Positions 50,040 to 64,000 of a stretch of DNA of 64,000 bases are shown in pieces. Each line of letters begins with the position of its first letter. The first letter of the stretch is position 1. This stretch comes from Eledone cirrhosa. Its lineage: Eukaryota. The notes under the pieces were generated by a model that searched no databases, had not been told where the DNA came from, and worked only from the letters and a program-made list of their open reading frames with translations. Made by a program: the position numbers and the translations under genes. The stretch spans positions 1,054,001 to 1,118,000 of the forward strand of contig OZ024763.1 in NCBI GenBank assembly GCA_964016885.1, in the 5' to 3' direction.

Positions 50040-51364
50040 TTTCTATATTATTAAATATATATATATATTTAAATATATGTATATTTATATATTTATATAT
50101 ATGGATATGTATATATATTAAAATAGTAATTTAGATTTTGTTATGAAAATAAAGAAGTTTCTAATTCGAATTATCATAATTAACATTTCTTTTTTTTTTG
50201 AAAATTTTATTAATTATAGAAAATAGGTTTTTAAAAATATGCTTCGTCCAAAATATTTCTGTTACGCGTGTGTTTACATAATTAGCCTGAGAAACCCCCC
50301 CCCCCCCCCACACTAACTATCATCATCATCAGTAGCAACCTTATACTGCAACACCCATACTACCATTACCACCCCAAACACCACCACCACCACACCACCA
50401 CCACTATCACCACCACCACCATCACCACCATCACCAACACCAACACCATTACTACCACTACCAACACCATCACCACCACATCACCACCAACACCATCACC
50501 AACACCATCAGCACCACTACCAACACCATCACCACCACATCACCACCAACACCATCACCAACACTACCACCAACACCATCAGCACCACCATCAACACCAT
50601 CAACACCACTATCACCACCACCACCATCACCACCATCACCAACACCAACACCATTACTACCACTACCAACACCATCACCACCACATCACCACCAACATCA
50701 TCACCAACACTATCAGCACCACTACCAACACCATCACCACCACATCACCACCAACACCATCACCAACACTACCACCAACACCATCAGCACCACCATCAAC
50801 ACCATCAACACCACTATCACCACCACCACCATCACCACCATCACCAACACCAACACCATTACTACCACTACCAACACCATCACCACCAACACTACCACCA
50901 ACACCATCAGCACCACCATCAACACCATCATCACCACTAACACCACCACTACCATCACCAACACTACCACCAACACCATCAGCACCACCACTACCATCAC
51001 CAACACTACCACCAACACCATCAGCACCACCATCAACACCATCACCACCACCACTACCATCAACATCACCACTAACACCACCACTACCATCATCACCACC
51101 ATCACCAACGCCATCAACATCACCACCACCACCACGATCATCAACAGCACCAGACAACACAACAACCCAGACGCCCACCCCACCTCCCATACACCCACCC
51201 CATGCCACCACCCAGACATCCACCCCGCCCCACCACTAAAACACCACCCAGACACCCAGTATTTTGTAATATTAGCCAGAACAAAGATTGTTGTATGTGT
51301 GAGAGAAAAAGCCAGCTAGAGAGGATAGTTTGAGACACATACAGTATATATATATATATATATA

Positions 51365-51647
51365 TCATCATCATCATCATCATTTCATTTTACGTCCGCT
51401 TTTTCCCTGCTTGCAAGGGTGGGACGGGAACTGATGCTGGCTTGATTTCTACAGCTGGATGCCCTTCCTAACACCAACCTCATTTACAGTGAGTACTGGG
51501 TGCTTTTTTGCCGTGGCACCTCCACGACCACTTTGCAGTGGAATGATATGGACCCCAGTCCCTATCATCTCATTTCTACAGCTGAGTAAACTGGAGCAAT
51601 GTGAAATAAAGTGTCTTGCTCAAGGAAACAACACATCACCCGGTCTG

Positions 51648-51648
<1 letters not shown>
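51365..51648 (-). mobile_element. SINE (family of 63318-63663), 5'-truncated
   Basis: Reverse complement matches 63385-63663. Confidence 0.85.
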
Positions 51649-51686
<38 letters not shown>

Positions 51687-51858
51687 GGAGGTAAGTTTTA
51701 TTATAGCACAATAAAGCAATGCAAATATCGGTTAAGTAGCACTCAACAGTTTATAGGACTGGAGTATAAATAATATAAGATCAAAAGATGGTTAAAAGTT
51801 ATATGTTGATTTAACACTTCACTGCTTGCAAGTGTTTTTTAAGCTTCCTATGTCTCCC

Positions 51859-51926
51859 TATTTTATCTGATGAGAACGCAAATATCATCCCATGAAATTT
51901 GTTTTTGAAATGCGCATAATAAAATA
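51859..51926 (+). ncRNA. Minimal type-I hammerhead ribozyme (family B)
   Basis: tattttat-CTGATGA-[gaa.gcaaat...atttgt.ttt]-GAAA-tgcgca-TA^ataaaata; flanked by inverted tail 51771-51798/51936-51963. Confidence 0.72.
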
Positions 51927-52654
51927 CATGGAACTCTTTTAACCATCTTTTGATCTTATATTATATATATATATATATATATATATCATCATCATCATCA
52001 TCATCGTTTAACGTCCGTGTTCCACGCTTGCATGGGTTTGGACGGGAGTTTTCCCACTTGAGGCAAGAGTGGTTGTCTTGCTCGCATAGGACTTTCTGGC
52101 AGGTTTTCTACGGCTGGATGCCCTTCCTAACACCAACCACGTTTACAGTGTGGAACTGGGAGGTTTTTACCGTGTTACCTACACGGCCACATTACAGCGT
52201 GGACTGTGTGTTTTTTTGTCGTGACACCTACACAACCTCATTTGTTTCGGGCTGGATGTTGTGGTACCATATATATATATGAAAGATATAAATATCCAAG
52301 AAACCACTGGTAAATGAAATATATATATATATATATATATATAACGAAGGAAATGTGATAAGGATCCAGATGGACCATAACGCACCAAAGTACTCAATAT
52401 TTAGGGTAGTAGAGTGGGTAATAGGAACGAGTAGGACCCCGACGGCTGAGCTCAAGCCGTTTCGACGGCTAATTCTGGACTAAATAAAAATTTTTATCCT
52501 GGTATATGATGAATAGCCAAGCTTCTCAGGGGGTAATTCCATATATGGTAAAAGTGATTGTCACAAGGATTGGTCAAAAGTTTGTTGTTGAGACACATAA
52601 TTCTATCATGGCAATTTGAGGAAGGAACGGGTAGCTGAACCTACTGGCAGGTTC

Positions 52655-52886
52655 ACCGATGGGTGAAAATGTGCCAGGAAATGCCAGTTGAAGGAAGACG
52701 TGGTAGAGGTAGACCACGAAAAACATGGGCGGAGCTGGTGAGAACAGACCTCAGATCATTGAAGCTCACGGTGGAGATGACGAAGGACCGTGACGAGTGG
52801 AGAGATGCTGTACTGAATAAGACCCGTCCCACCCTTGCAAGCAGGGAAAAGCGGACGTAAAATGATGATGATGATGATGATGATGA
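52655..52886 (+). mobile_element. RTE-clade LINE 3' end with (GAT)n tail
   Basis: VEGRRGRGRPRKTWAELVRTDL...DRDEWR; its tail is shared with SINE 63318-63663. Confidence 0.9.
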
Positions 52887-53836
52887 TATATATATATATA
52901 AACACACACATATATATATATATACACACATATATATATATATATACATATATGTAAATATATATTTGTATGTATATATATATATATATATATATATCAG
53001 GAAAGCCTCACAATTTCTTTCCAATGAAACAGTTCTAGTCCTGTAGAAGCCATTTCTATATTAAACATATGTACACTCTACTAATGTATTGAGTACCTTA
53101 CTGAAGACCTTATAGTGAAATATGACAAAAAAATAAAAAAAAGAAATGCTTTCTAATTGATGTATCTATCAGATGACAATATATCTCCCAAAGAAATTGG
53201 GAAATTATTCTAAATATAAAGATCTAGAGATAGAAATAACTCGACTGTGGATAATGAAAACAGAAACTCTCTTATATAGGCACAAGGCCAACAATTTTAG
53301 GAGAGTGGAAAGTCGATTAAATCAACTCCAGTGTATTACTGGTACTTTATTTTATCGAGCCCCGTAAGGATGAAAGGCAAAGCTAACCTCGTTGACGGGA
53401 TTTGAACTCAGAACGTAAAGGGACGTAACTCTATGCCACACAGCATGTTGTCCGGCGCTCTACCAATTATACTGTCAATCATCGCCCACATATAATAATA
53501 ATTGTTTCTACCTTTGGCACAAGGCCAGCAATTACCCCAGTGTATTACTGGTACTTTATTTTATCGACCCCCGTAAGGATGAAAAGCAAAGTTAACCTAG
53601 GCGGGATTTGAACTCAGAACGTAAAGGGACGTAACTCTATGCTGCACAGCATTTGTCTGAGAATCCATCGCCCACATATAATAATAATAATTTTGGCACA
53701 ATGTCAGCAAGTTTTCTAGGAAGGAAATGTTGATTATAATGACTAGTATATTACTGGTACTAACGGTAGTGGTAGTACTACTACCACCACCACTACTACT
53801 GCTACTAATGGTAGTGGTAGTAGTACTACCACTACC

Positions 53837-53868
<32 letters not shown>

Positions 53869-54247
53869 CACTACTACTACCACCACCACCACACCACTAC
53901 CACTACCACCACCACTACTACTACTACCAACCCCACTACCACTACTACTACCACCACCACTGCCACTACTACCACCACCACTGCCACTACCACTACTACT
54001 ACCACCACCACTACTAGTACTACTACTACCAGCACCACCACTACTACCAACACCACCAAAATAATGTCTTTATTCGTCTATCAATAGAATTATACACTCA
54101 TTCTCTATATTTAACGAGTGATTCTACTGGGTGTGTATATATATATATATATATAGATAGATATGTGTGCGTGTGTGTGTATAAATATACACAGGATGTC
54201 CCAAAAAATGTATACACACTTCGATTAGAATGTTGAAGTGTGTATAC

Positions 54248-54335
<88 letters not shown>

Positions 54336-54522
54336 AACAAATAAATTAATCAGTCAACAGTATTTTAGTGCGGGGGAGTATTTTTTAATGCGGGTTTTAG
54401 GCCTCGGTTTAATTTTATGGAGAAGGCACACCAAGACTATATACCATAGAGAGATATATATATATATACACACACACACATATATACAGTATATATATAT
54501 ATATATATATACACATATTTAT

Positions 54523-54555
<33 letters not shown>

Positions 54556-54632
54556 CATATGTATACACACACACATACATATATATATATATACATATGT
54601 ATACACACATATATATACACATATATGTATAT

Positions 54633-54663
<31 letters not shown>

Positions 54664-54897
54664 CACATGTATATATATTTATTTAAATCAAATGTAAAAG
54701 ATATGTGTATATATATATATAGAGAGAGAGAACCATATAATCGCAGAGAAAACGCTGTATATTTATATATACACACACACATATATATATATATATAAAT
54801 ATATATTACAGAGAGGAGTATGTACTGAGGATGGAATAATTAGAGACCTTATAGCGCTATATATATATATATAAAAAAAAATATATATATATACACA

Positions 54898-54931
<34 letters not shown>

Positions 54932-55041
54932 CATATATATATGTGAGTGTAATAGGAAAAGAGTCAGGACCCCGACGGCTGAGCTCCGGCCGTTTCGACA
55001 GCTAGATCTGAACTGTGTGTGTGTATATATATATATATATC

Positions 55042-55098
<57 letters not shown>

Positions 55099-55535
55099 GT
55101 GTGTGTGTATACATATATATATATATCTGTGTGTGTGTATATATATATATATATATCTGTGTGTGTGTATATATATATGTGTGTGTGTGCAACATGTTTC
55201 GTTGTGTGATTATAAAGAAAGAGAGGAGTCCGTTATTCTGGGAATTATAACGACATGCAACAGTTTGGAATGGTAAAGGGATTTGCTGCATCATCGAGAT
55301 AGTAATAACTGTAAAGAGTATATGTTAACACCGATATCAGTTACCGCCTGTGATATCCACTGCTTAAATATACATACATACACACATATATATATATATA
55401 TACACATATATGTGTGTGTGTATATATACAGTTGCATATATGTTTATATTATATCGCCCACCTTTCTAGCACACACGTACTTCTAATAATAGACTTGTTA
55501 TAATCAGACATATCTTTATGTATACAGTAACACAT

Positions 55536-55568
<33 letters not shown>

Positions 55569-55785
55569 ACTCTCTCTATATATATTTGTGTGTATATAAG
55601 TGTGTATATATATATACATCCATATAGCTCTCTTTCTTTCTCTCTCTCTATATATATAGCTGTATATATTTATACGTGTATATACAACTGTATGTATATA
55701 TATATATATATATATGCATGCATGCATGTAAGCAACTTTATACACAGAAAGACAGACAGACAAACTCACATATACACATATACAT

Positions 55786-55838
<53 letters not shown>

Positions 55839-55964
55839 GTTATCTAATTCGTCCGTCCACCAACTTACGATAATTACAAGCACTACTATTTATTAACATT
55901 ACCAGAGGGATTACGTTTTTTCTACTGTATAGGCAATAATATATATATATATATACACACACAC

Positions 55965-55995
<31 letters not shown>

Positions 55996-56572
55996 CATGA
56001 TGTATATATAATATGTATACATATGTAATATATAGATATAGCTATATATGTATAATGTAATGTATATATATAGCGCAAGACAGAGAGAGAAAGAAAGAAA
56101 AAGTAAGTAAAAAAAACAGAGAGAGTGAGACAGTAAAAGATAGAGAGAGTAAGTAAGTGAGAGAAAATAAATAAGTGAGAGAGAGAGAGAGTAAAAGACA
56201 GAGAGAGTACGTAAGTGAGGGGGATAAAAGACAGAGAGAGTACGTAAGTGAGGGGGATAAAAGACAGAGAGAGTACGTAAGTGAGGGGGATAAAAGACAG
56301 AGAGAGTACGTAAGTGAGGGGGATAAGACAGTGAGAGGGTAGCAGAGAGGGAGTAAGTAAGTGTGAGAGAGAGAGAGAGAGGGAATAAGTAAGTGTGAGA
56401 GAGGGAGAGGGAGAGAGAGGGTAGTAAGTGTGAGAGAGAGGGAGTAAGTAAGTGAGAGAGAGAGAGAGAGAGGGTAGTAGAGAGAGAGAGAGAAGGGTAT
56501 CAGGGTAGCCAAACCCGTTTACTAGCAGACAGAAAAGGTTTTGGCATTAGTGAAAACACAGCACCAGAAACC

Positions 56573-56630
56573 ATGGGCCAGCTCTGGAATAAGTTATTTC
56601 GTCACAAGGACGTTCGGATTATTTTATTAG
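56573..56630 (+). CDS. First coding exon of an ARF/ARL-family small GTPase (MGQLWNKLFRHKDVRIILLG); remaining exons not found in the window
   Basis: Good Kozak context accATGG; Gly2 myristoylation-type amphipathic helix followed by beta-1 'RIILLG'; phase-1 donor gtaagt at the usual ARF position before LDxxGKT. Confidence 0.65.
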
Positions 56631-56804
56631 GTAAGTCGGCATTATTCCAGTCTTTGAATCCATTATTTCTTCATCATCTCTTCATCTTCTGCCAGGTTGT
56701 CTTCACTATTTTTCCCATTTTTTTTTTTTTTTTTCTACACCTTTTCTCCTTCTCACCTCTACAACTACCACGAATTATAATATTTCCATACACTCGTGTG
56801 TGTG

Positions 56805-56841
<37 letters not shown>

Positions 56842-56860
56842 TCATACACTCGTGTGTGTG

Positions 56861-56915
<55 letters not shown>

Positions 56916-56935
56916 CCCTACACATGTATATGCTG

Positions 56936-56968
<33 letters not shown>

Positions 56969-57020
56969 TGCAGACACTATAAAAGAGATGCTAATGGTTA
57001 TATATATATATATGTGTGTG

Positions 57021-57063
<43 letters not shown>

Positions 57064-57083
57064 CCCTACACATGTATATGCTG

Positions 57084-57118
<35 letters not shown>

Positions 57119-57148
57119 TGCAGACACTATAAAAGAGATGCTTAATGG

Positions 57149-57204
<56 letters not shown>

Positions 57205-57857
57205 ATATATATAAATATCATCATCATCATCATCATCGTTATGTATATATATATATACATAACGTTAAACGATGATGATGATGACATTTATATATATACA
57301 CACACACACATATTATATATATCGTTAAATGATGATGACATGTATATATAATGTGTGTGTATATATATACATATACATTATATATATATATGTAGATAAA
57401 TCTACCAAGAGTTTACGGTAGTGTCCAATCCGTATATATATATATATATATATATATATGTCATCATCATCATCATCATCGTTTAACGTCCATGGTGATG
57501 ATGACATTTTATATAAATAAATGTATATATATAATCATCATCATCATCATTTTACATCCGCGTTTCCCTGCTTGTATATATGTATATGTATGTGTATATT
57601 ACATATATAAATGTATATGTATGTGTATATAATATATGTATAAGTATTTATATGTGTACATATATATAAATGTATATGTATTTAAATGTATATATTACAT
57701 ATATAAATGTATATGTATATATACATATATACATATATATATACACACATGCATACATGTATGTATAATCACTTTACCCTGTCTATTTTCCATTCTTAAA
57801 CAAAGTGTAAACCCCCCAATCTATATTCGGACGGATTTCCGATGAGAGGTGACCACC

Positions 57858-57908
57858 ACTTTCCTGATGATTTCATATGAATGAAACAGTTGTAGTCCTG
57901 TAGAATGC
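57858..57908 (+). ncRNA. Hammerhead ribozyme (family A), stem I partly decayed
   Basis: ttc-CTGATGA-t[ttc atat gaa]t-GAAA-cag ttgtagtc ctG-TA^gaa. Confidence 0.6.
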
Positions 57909-58435
57909 ATTTATATGTATTATATATATTTATTTGTTATATTTGGGGAGGGTCAGATTGTTATGTATGTAGACATATTTATTTATTCATATATATGTAT
58001 ATATTCATATATATATATATATGTATATATTATTATATGTAGATGTATATATATATATATTTAGTCATATATATGTACATATTTATGCATATATATTTAT
58101 TCATATATACATATGCACATATATATATATATATATATTTATATTTGAATATATGTATACATGTATACATATATATATTTATATATGAATATATGTATAC
58201 ATGTATACATATATACATTTATATATGAATATATGTATACATGTATACATATATATATTTATATATGAATATATGTATACATGTATACATATATACATTT
58301 ATATATGAATATATGTATACATGTATACATATATACATTTATACATGAATATATGTATACATGTATATATATATATATATATATGTACATGTATACATAT
58401 ATTCATATATAAATGTGTGTGTATAAATATATATT

Positions 58436-58473
<38 letters not shown>

Positions 58474-60887
58474 ATCATATGTATATTATATATGTATAGA
58501 TACCTTAACATAGTTTATCTATGTATATATATATACTATTTATATATGTATATGTATGTATATATCTAGCTGTCTAACTCTCTATCTGAAAATAACGAAA
58601 AGCTATACACACACACACACACACACACACATGTTAGCGTGGAAGATCGACGTTAAATGATGATGATGATGATGATGATGACACACACATACACACAGGT
58701 GTGTGTATTTGTAGGGTAGGAACAGAAGAATGTATTGAGGTGTGTATATACCATAGAAATGTGTTTGAGCATTATGAGAATTTACAACCAATTTAGTGTA
58801 CATGTGGGAGTCCTACAAGACTGTCCTCTGCCTGCTTCTTTTTAATATACTCCTACTTGATATAATAGAGGAAACCACGACTGGTTGTCCATGGGAGATC
58901 TTGTAGCCCAAACTAGGGAAGTTCCAAACATGGAAGCAACACCTGTAATTAGAGGGACTGTTGTGTGTGTATAAAACTGAAGGGCATGGTAGTACACTTA
59001 CCAAAGACTATATCATCATCATCATCATCATCATCGTTTAACGTCCGTGTTCCACGCTTGCATGGGTTTGGACGGGAGTTTTCCCACTTGAGGCAAGAGT
59101 GGTTGTCTCGCTCGCATAGGACTGTCTGGCGGGTTTTCTACAGCTGGGTGCCCTTCCTAACACCAACCACGTTTACAGTGTGGAACTGGGAGGTTTTTAC
59201 CGTGTTGCCTACACGGCCACATTACAGCGGGGACTGTGTGTTTTTTTGTTGTGGCACCTACACGACCTCATTTGTTTCGGCCTGGATGTTGTGGTACCAA
59301 CATAACTTTACATTGAAAGGGGCGGTGTGGATGGGGTGGGGGTGGTGGGGTGGGGGTATATTTTGTTAGAGGTGCCTACTGACTATATATATATATATAG
59401 TCTTTGGTGAGTTTACTATATATATATACATATATATATATATATAACAAAAAAGGTGTGGTAAGATACCAGGTGGACCATAACGCACCAGAGTACTCAA
59501 TACTTAGGGTAGTAGAGTAGGTAATAGGAAAAGAGTCAGGACCACGATGGCTGAGCGCCAGCTGTCGAGGGTCCTGACTCGTTTCCTATATATATATATA
59601 TGTGTGTGTATATATATCCTTATCCATAAGTGTGTGTATATATATATATATATATATAAATACACCGTTTTACGTGTGTTGTGTTGAGGCAAATAACTAT
59701 ATGTATACTCTGGTAATGTATCTTACATTGCCCATTGAGTGCGCTGAGATACAACTGGTACTGGCATTGATAAATATGCTGGGTCCATCAACCCTTATTA
59801 TATATATATATATATCATCATCATATAGGTGATGAATTGGCAGAGTCGTTAAGACGTCAAATAGAATGGTTTACAGTATTCGTCCTACTTCATTCAGCGA
59901 TGGGGGACAGGGAATTCTGGGGCATGAGAGTGAGATCCATCATCTCGACAGTAGTCAATGAATGATGATGACTTCATTCTACACTGGGTAATGTATTGTC
60001 CTTGAGCAAGACACTTTATTTCATATTGCTACTTCTGCCAGGAGTTGTGACCGGGAGATAGTATCAACAATGGAAAGAGCAAATGAAACATTGTTTCTTT
60101 GGTCTGATTTGATGGGGGTCAACCCCCGCTTGGTAAGCGAATGAGGGCTGGGATCTTGTTGATCAATCAGAGCAAGAAACGAATGAAGCATGTCTCCTCC
60201 ACTGGACAGGTAAGATGTAATGTTAGTTTATATATCTGACAGAACACAGGTGAGCTGAGAGAAATGGTGACTATAAGAGGGCACGGTCTATGATGTAAAG
60301 GGGGGTCATAGTTGCCGCAGATAATAGCAGCTTTATTATATAGAAACTAAGTAATATGACAGCTGTAGCTTCATGTCTGTCTTCCCCATTTAGTGGCTGT
60401 TGTGGTCCTGTTGTAGAAACTAGATAATATGACAGCTGTAGCTTCATCATGAGATGACAGGTGATTCACCTATGACTGGACTTTCACTTGTTGAGACACT
60501 CAGGTATATGAAAATTGAGGCCTTTCTTTAAAAGAATAGAATTATTTTCTTTTATATCAATGTTAATGATAAAGTATAAATTATATATATATGTGTGTGT
60601 GTGTGTGTGTATATGTATATATATATATACATACATATGTGTGTGTGTGTGTGTGTGTGTGTATACATGTGTGTATATATGTGTGTGTGTATATATGTAC
60701 ATATGTGAATATGTGTGTATATATATATACATGTGTATATATGTGTGTGTGTGTGTATACATATACATGTGTGTATATGTGTGTGTGTATATATATATAT
60801 ATGTGTGTATATGTGTGTGTGTATATATATATATATGTGTGTATATGTGTGTGTATATATATATATATGTGTGTATATGTGTGTGTG

Positions 60888-60926
<39 letters not shown>

Positions 60927-60947
60927 ACATATATATATACATATGTG

Positions 60948-60978
<31 letters not shown>

Positions 60979-60994
60979 ACATATATATATATAC

Positions 60995-61035
<41 letters not shown>

Positions 61036-61057
61036 CACATATATATATACATATGTG

Positions 61058-61102
<45 letters not shown>

Positions 61103-61882
61103 ACGTAATTTGAAAATTGAATTGAATTGAATTAAATTTCAATGTAATTTTGACTAAATCAGTCTAATAATAACAGGGTTTATAAACCCACTGAAAGTAG
61201 AAAAGATGCCTATTTTTCCCCTTTTATTGGCTTTATAGACCCTATTATGATTATTAGACTGTTTATTTAGTCCAAGTGACGTTGAAATCTAATTCAATTT
61301 ACCTGTTGGAGTTCTACCTAATCCAGGTAGGATTTAGAAACATTTTAGACATCAGTGTAATGTGAATTTCCCATCGAGGCCAACTGATATGTTTTTGTAG
61401 AAAGAGAATATCCTTGTATATACCTTTGAGTATTCAAAACTACAGTTATTCATATATATATATATATAGTAAAACCTACTACAGCCAGTAGGCATCTCTA
61501 ACAAAAATACACCCCCGTCCCACCACCCCCACCCCATCCACACCACCCCCTCCTATGTAAAGTTATGTTGGTGCCACACCATCCAGGCCGAAACAAATGA
61601 GATCGTGTAGGTGTCACGACAAAAAACACACAGTCCACGCTGTAATGTGGCCGTGTAGGCAACACAGTAAAAACCTCCCAGACCCACACTGTAAATGTGG
61701 TTGGTGTTAGGAAGGGCATCCAACTGTAGAAAACCCACCAGGCAGTCCTATGCGAGCAAGACAATCACTCTTGCCTCAAGTGGGAATACCCCCGTCCAAA
61801 CCCATGCAAGCGTGGAACACGGACGTTAAACGTTGATGATGATGATGATGATGATATATATATATATGTATATATGTATATA

Positions 61883-61930
<48 letters not shown>

Positions 61931-63000
61931 GGCGCGTGGCTGAGAAGTGAAGGCGTGTGGCTGAGTGGTTAGAGAATTGGATTCACAATCTTGAGGTTGT
62001 GAGTTCGATTCCTGGACCGGGCGATGCGTTATGTCCTTGAGCAAGACCCCTTATTTCACATTGCTCCTTCTGCCTGGAGTTGGGACCGATAGATAGTATT
62101 AGCAATTGGAAAGACCAATGGAAACATGGTTTCCTTGGTCCGATTTGACGGAAGTTGATCGACCACCGACATATATACATATATACACACATATATATGT
62201 GTGTGTGTATATATGTATATAAGCAAACATAAGTCTGATGAGCTTTTGATTCCAGAGTCAGGCCCGATTGATAGGGATCGAGCCTTGAGCTGATGAACTG
62301 TGAAACACATGTCGCACCTGAATAAACTTAATGGAAATTTAACACCTTATCCATACTTATTATTAATTAAATATATATATAATTTATTCTTTATCATTAA
62401 CATTGATATAAAAAATAAGTTCTCTCACCGTCTAACCCATGCTAGCGTGGAAGATGGACGTTAAACGATGATGATGATGATATGTATATATATATTAGAA
62501 AAATTGAGGAAGTTTCATTTACATGTACAAGATATTTGTGTATTGACCTTATAGATTTAAATGAAACTCCCTCGTTTTTTTTCTAATTTATATACTTTGC
62601 CTGTGCATAGAGTTCTTGATTTGGTACTAATACCAGTAATTCACTGAATCACCTACACTATATATATATATATATATGTTAAGTATTTCCGTAGAAAAGG
62701 TAAAGGAAAGAAGAGTGTTCTATATATAGTACAGAGCTACTTAATTATGTAATAATCAACACAATATAATTATTCCATTACACAAGGTTTCACGAAGTCA
62801 GACGATACTAACAGAGACGTCTGAAGTCGTTCATCAGAAATAAAGATTCCTTCTGATGAACAAATTCAAATGCTTCTCTTGGGTCATGGAATAGTTATAT
62901 TGTGTTGATTATTACATATAATAATAAATGTGAAGACTAAAATCTGAAGAGGGCTCGATAAGGATAATATATATAAAAATATATAAGAACCGTAGAGCAA

Positions 63001-63134
63001 ATATTTATTAAAATAACAGATTAAAGTTTAAGCAAAGAGTCGCTGCTTTCACCCTTAACGGGATCTTCTGAGTTTCAGAAGATCCCGTTAAGCGATTCTT
63101 TGCTTAAACTTGAATCTGTTATTTTAATAAATAT
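63001..63134. repeat. 134-bp near-perfect foldback hairpin
   Basis: Arms atatttattaaaataacagatt...cttaacgggatcttctga / tcagaagatcccgttaag...aatctgttattttaataaatat; 3-nt loop, ~10-nt bulge. Confidence 0.85.
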
Positions 63135-63151
63135 ATATATATATATTTTAA

Positions 63152-63313
<162 letters not shown>

Positions 63314-63317
63314 TAAT

Positions 63318-63663
63318 GGAACCACATGGCTTAGTGGTTAGAGCATTGGCCTTGCAATCGAAAGGTTGAGAGTTCAATTCTCAGACCGGGTGATGTGTTG
63401 TTTCCTTGAGCAAGACACTTTATTTCACATTGCTCCAGTTTGCTCAGCTGTAGAAATGAGATGATAGGGACTGAGGTCCCTATCATTCCACTGCAAAGTG
63501 GTCGTGGAGGTGCCACAGCAAAAACAAGCACCCAGCACTCACTGTAAATGAGGTTGGTGTTAGGAAGGGCATCCAGCTGTAGAAATCAAGCCAGAATCAG
63601 TTCCCGTCCCACCCTTGCAAGCAGGGAAAAAGCGGACGTGAAATGAAATGATGATGATGATGA
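63318..63663 (+). mobile_element. Full-length tRNA-derived SINE with RTE-LINE-derived tail (head-only copy at 45529-45697)
   Basis: A-box tggcttagtggttagagc, B-box gagttcaattctc, central ggtgttaggaagggcatccagctgtagaaa, tail cccgtcccacccttgcaagcaggg...(gat)n. Confidence 0.9.
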
Positions 63664-64000
63664 TATATATAATGTTAAATAATTAAAGAATAAGACAAGG
63701 TAAAGTAGTTAATTAATCTGTTGTTTCTGAGGATAGACAGCTTTTTCAAGGCTGATGGTGTGGCATTATATAACTGCCATCAATTGGTTTGCAAATCAAT
63801 AATTTTGCCCTCTGAAATGATTGTAATACATTGATGGATAAATTAACAACTTCACTTTGTTTTCTTTCATTGTTTAACATTGTATATCTGTGTATATATA
63901 TCTATCTGTGTGTATATGTGTGTATGTATATGTGTGTGTATATATATGTGTATATATATATATATATATGTGTGTGTGTATGTATATCTGTGTATATATA

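Noticed and set aside
49325-51255. Pro-, His-, Val- and Gly-rich ORFs (extensin- or histidine-rich-protein-like)
   Set aside because: Open in several frames and strands because of trinucleotide repeats; no credible start or splice structure
62850-62950. Possible C/D-box snoRNA (TGATGA...CTGA)
   Set aside because: No convincing terminal stem or recognisable guide; better explained as Penelope/hammerhead remnants
63318-63395. tRNA gene (also 45529, 47826, 61948)
   Set aside because: tRNA-like SINE heads continuing into SINE bodies; no clean acceptor stem or terminator

Overview
AT-rich, microsatellite-dense animal genomic DNA; the SINE/MITE repertoire and (TA)n/(CA)n load suggest a cephalopod, probably an octopus (inference). 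Three protein-coding loci lie on the + strand. (1) The 3' end of a gene with a giant terminal exon (1-8212, at least 2,700 aa). It contains three unrelated 15-aa repeat arrays, one resembling a tandem SUMO-interacting-motif array. (2) A complete 18-coding-exon Piwi-like (PIWIL1-type) gene (26844-46769). I assembled it by hand from GT-AG splice sites with consistent phases: 919 aa, intact DEDH slicer tetrad. (3) The first coding exon of an ARF-family GTPase (56573-56630). The rest is transposon-derived: tRNA-derived SINEs, RTE and CR1-like LINE ends, a deleted mariner, Helitrons, hAT and TTAA-type MITEs, and TE-derived satellites. The most notable unannotated signal is a dense set of small type-I hammerhead ribozyme motifs. 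At least three families occur; five copies have a complete core with all stems and two more nearly so. They show compensatory base changes, conserved palindromic stem-III loops and inverted-tail arrangements typical of Penelope-like element termini. All structure calls were made by eye and have not been computed.
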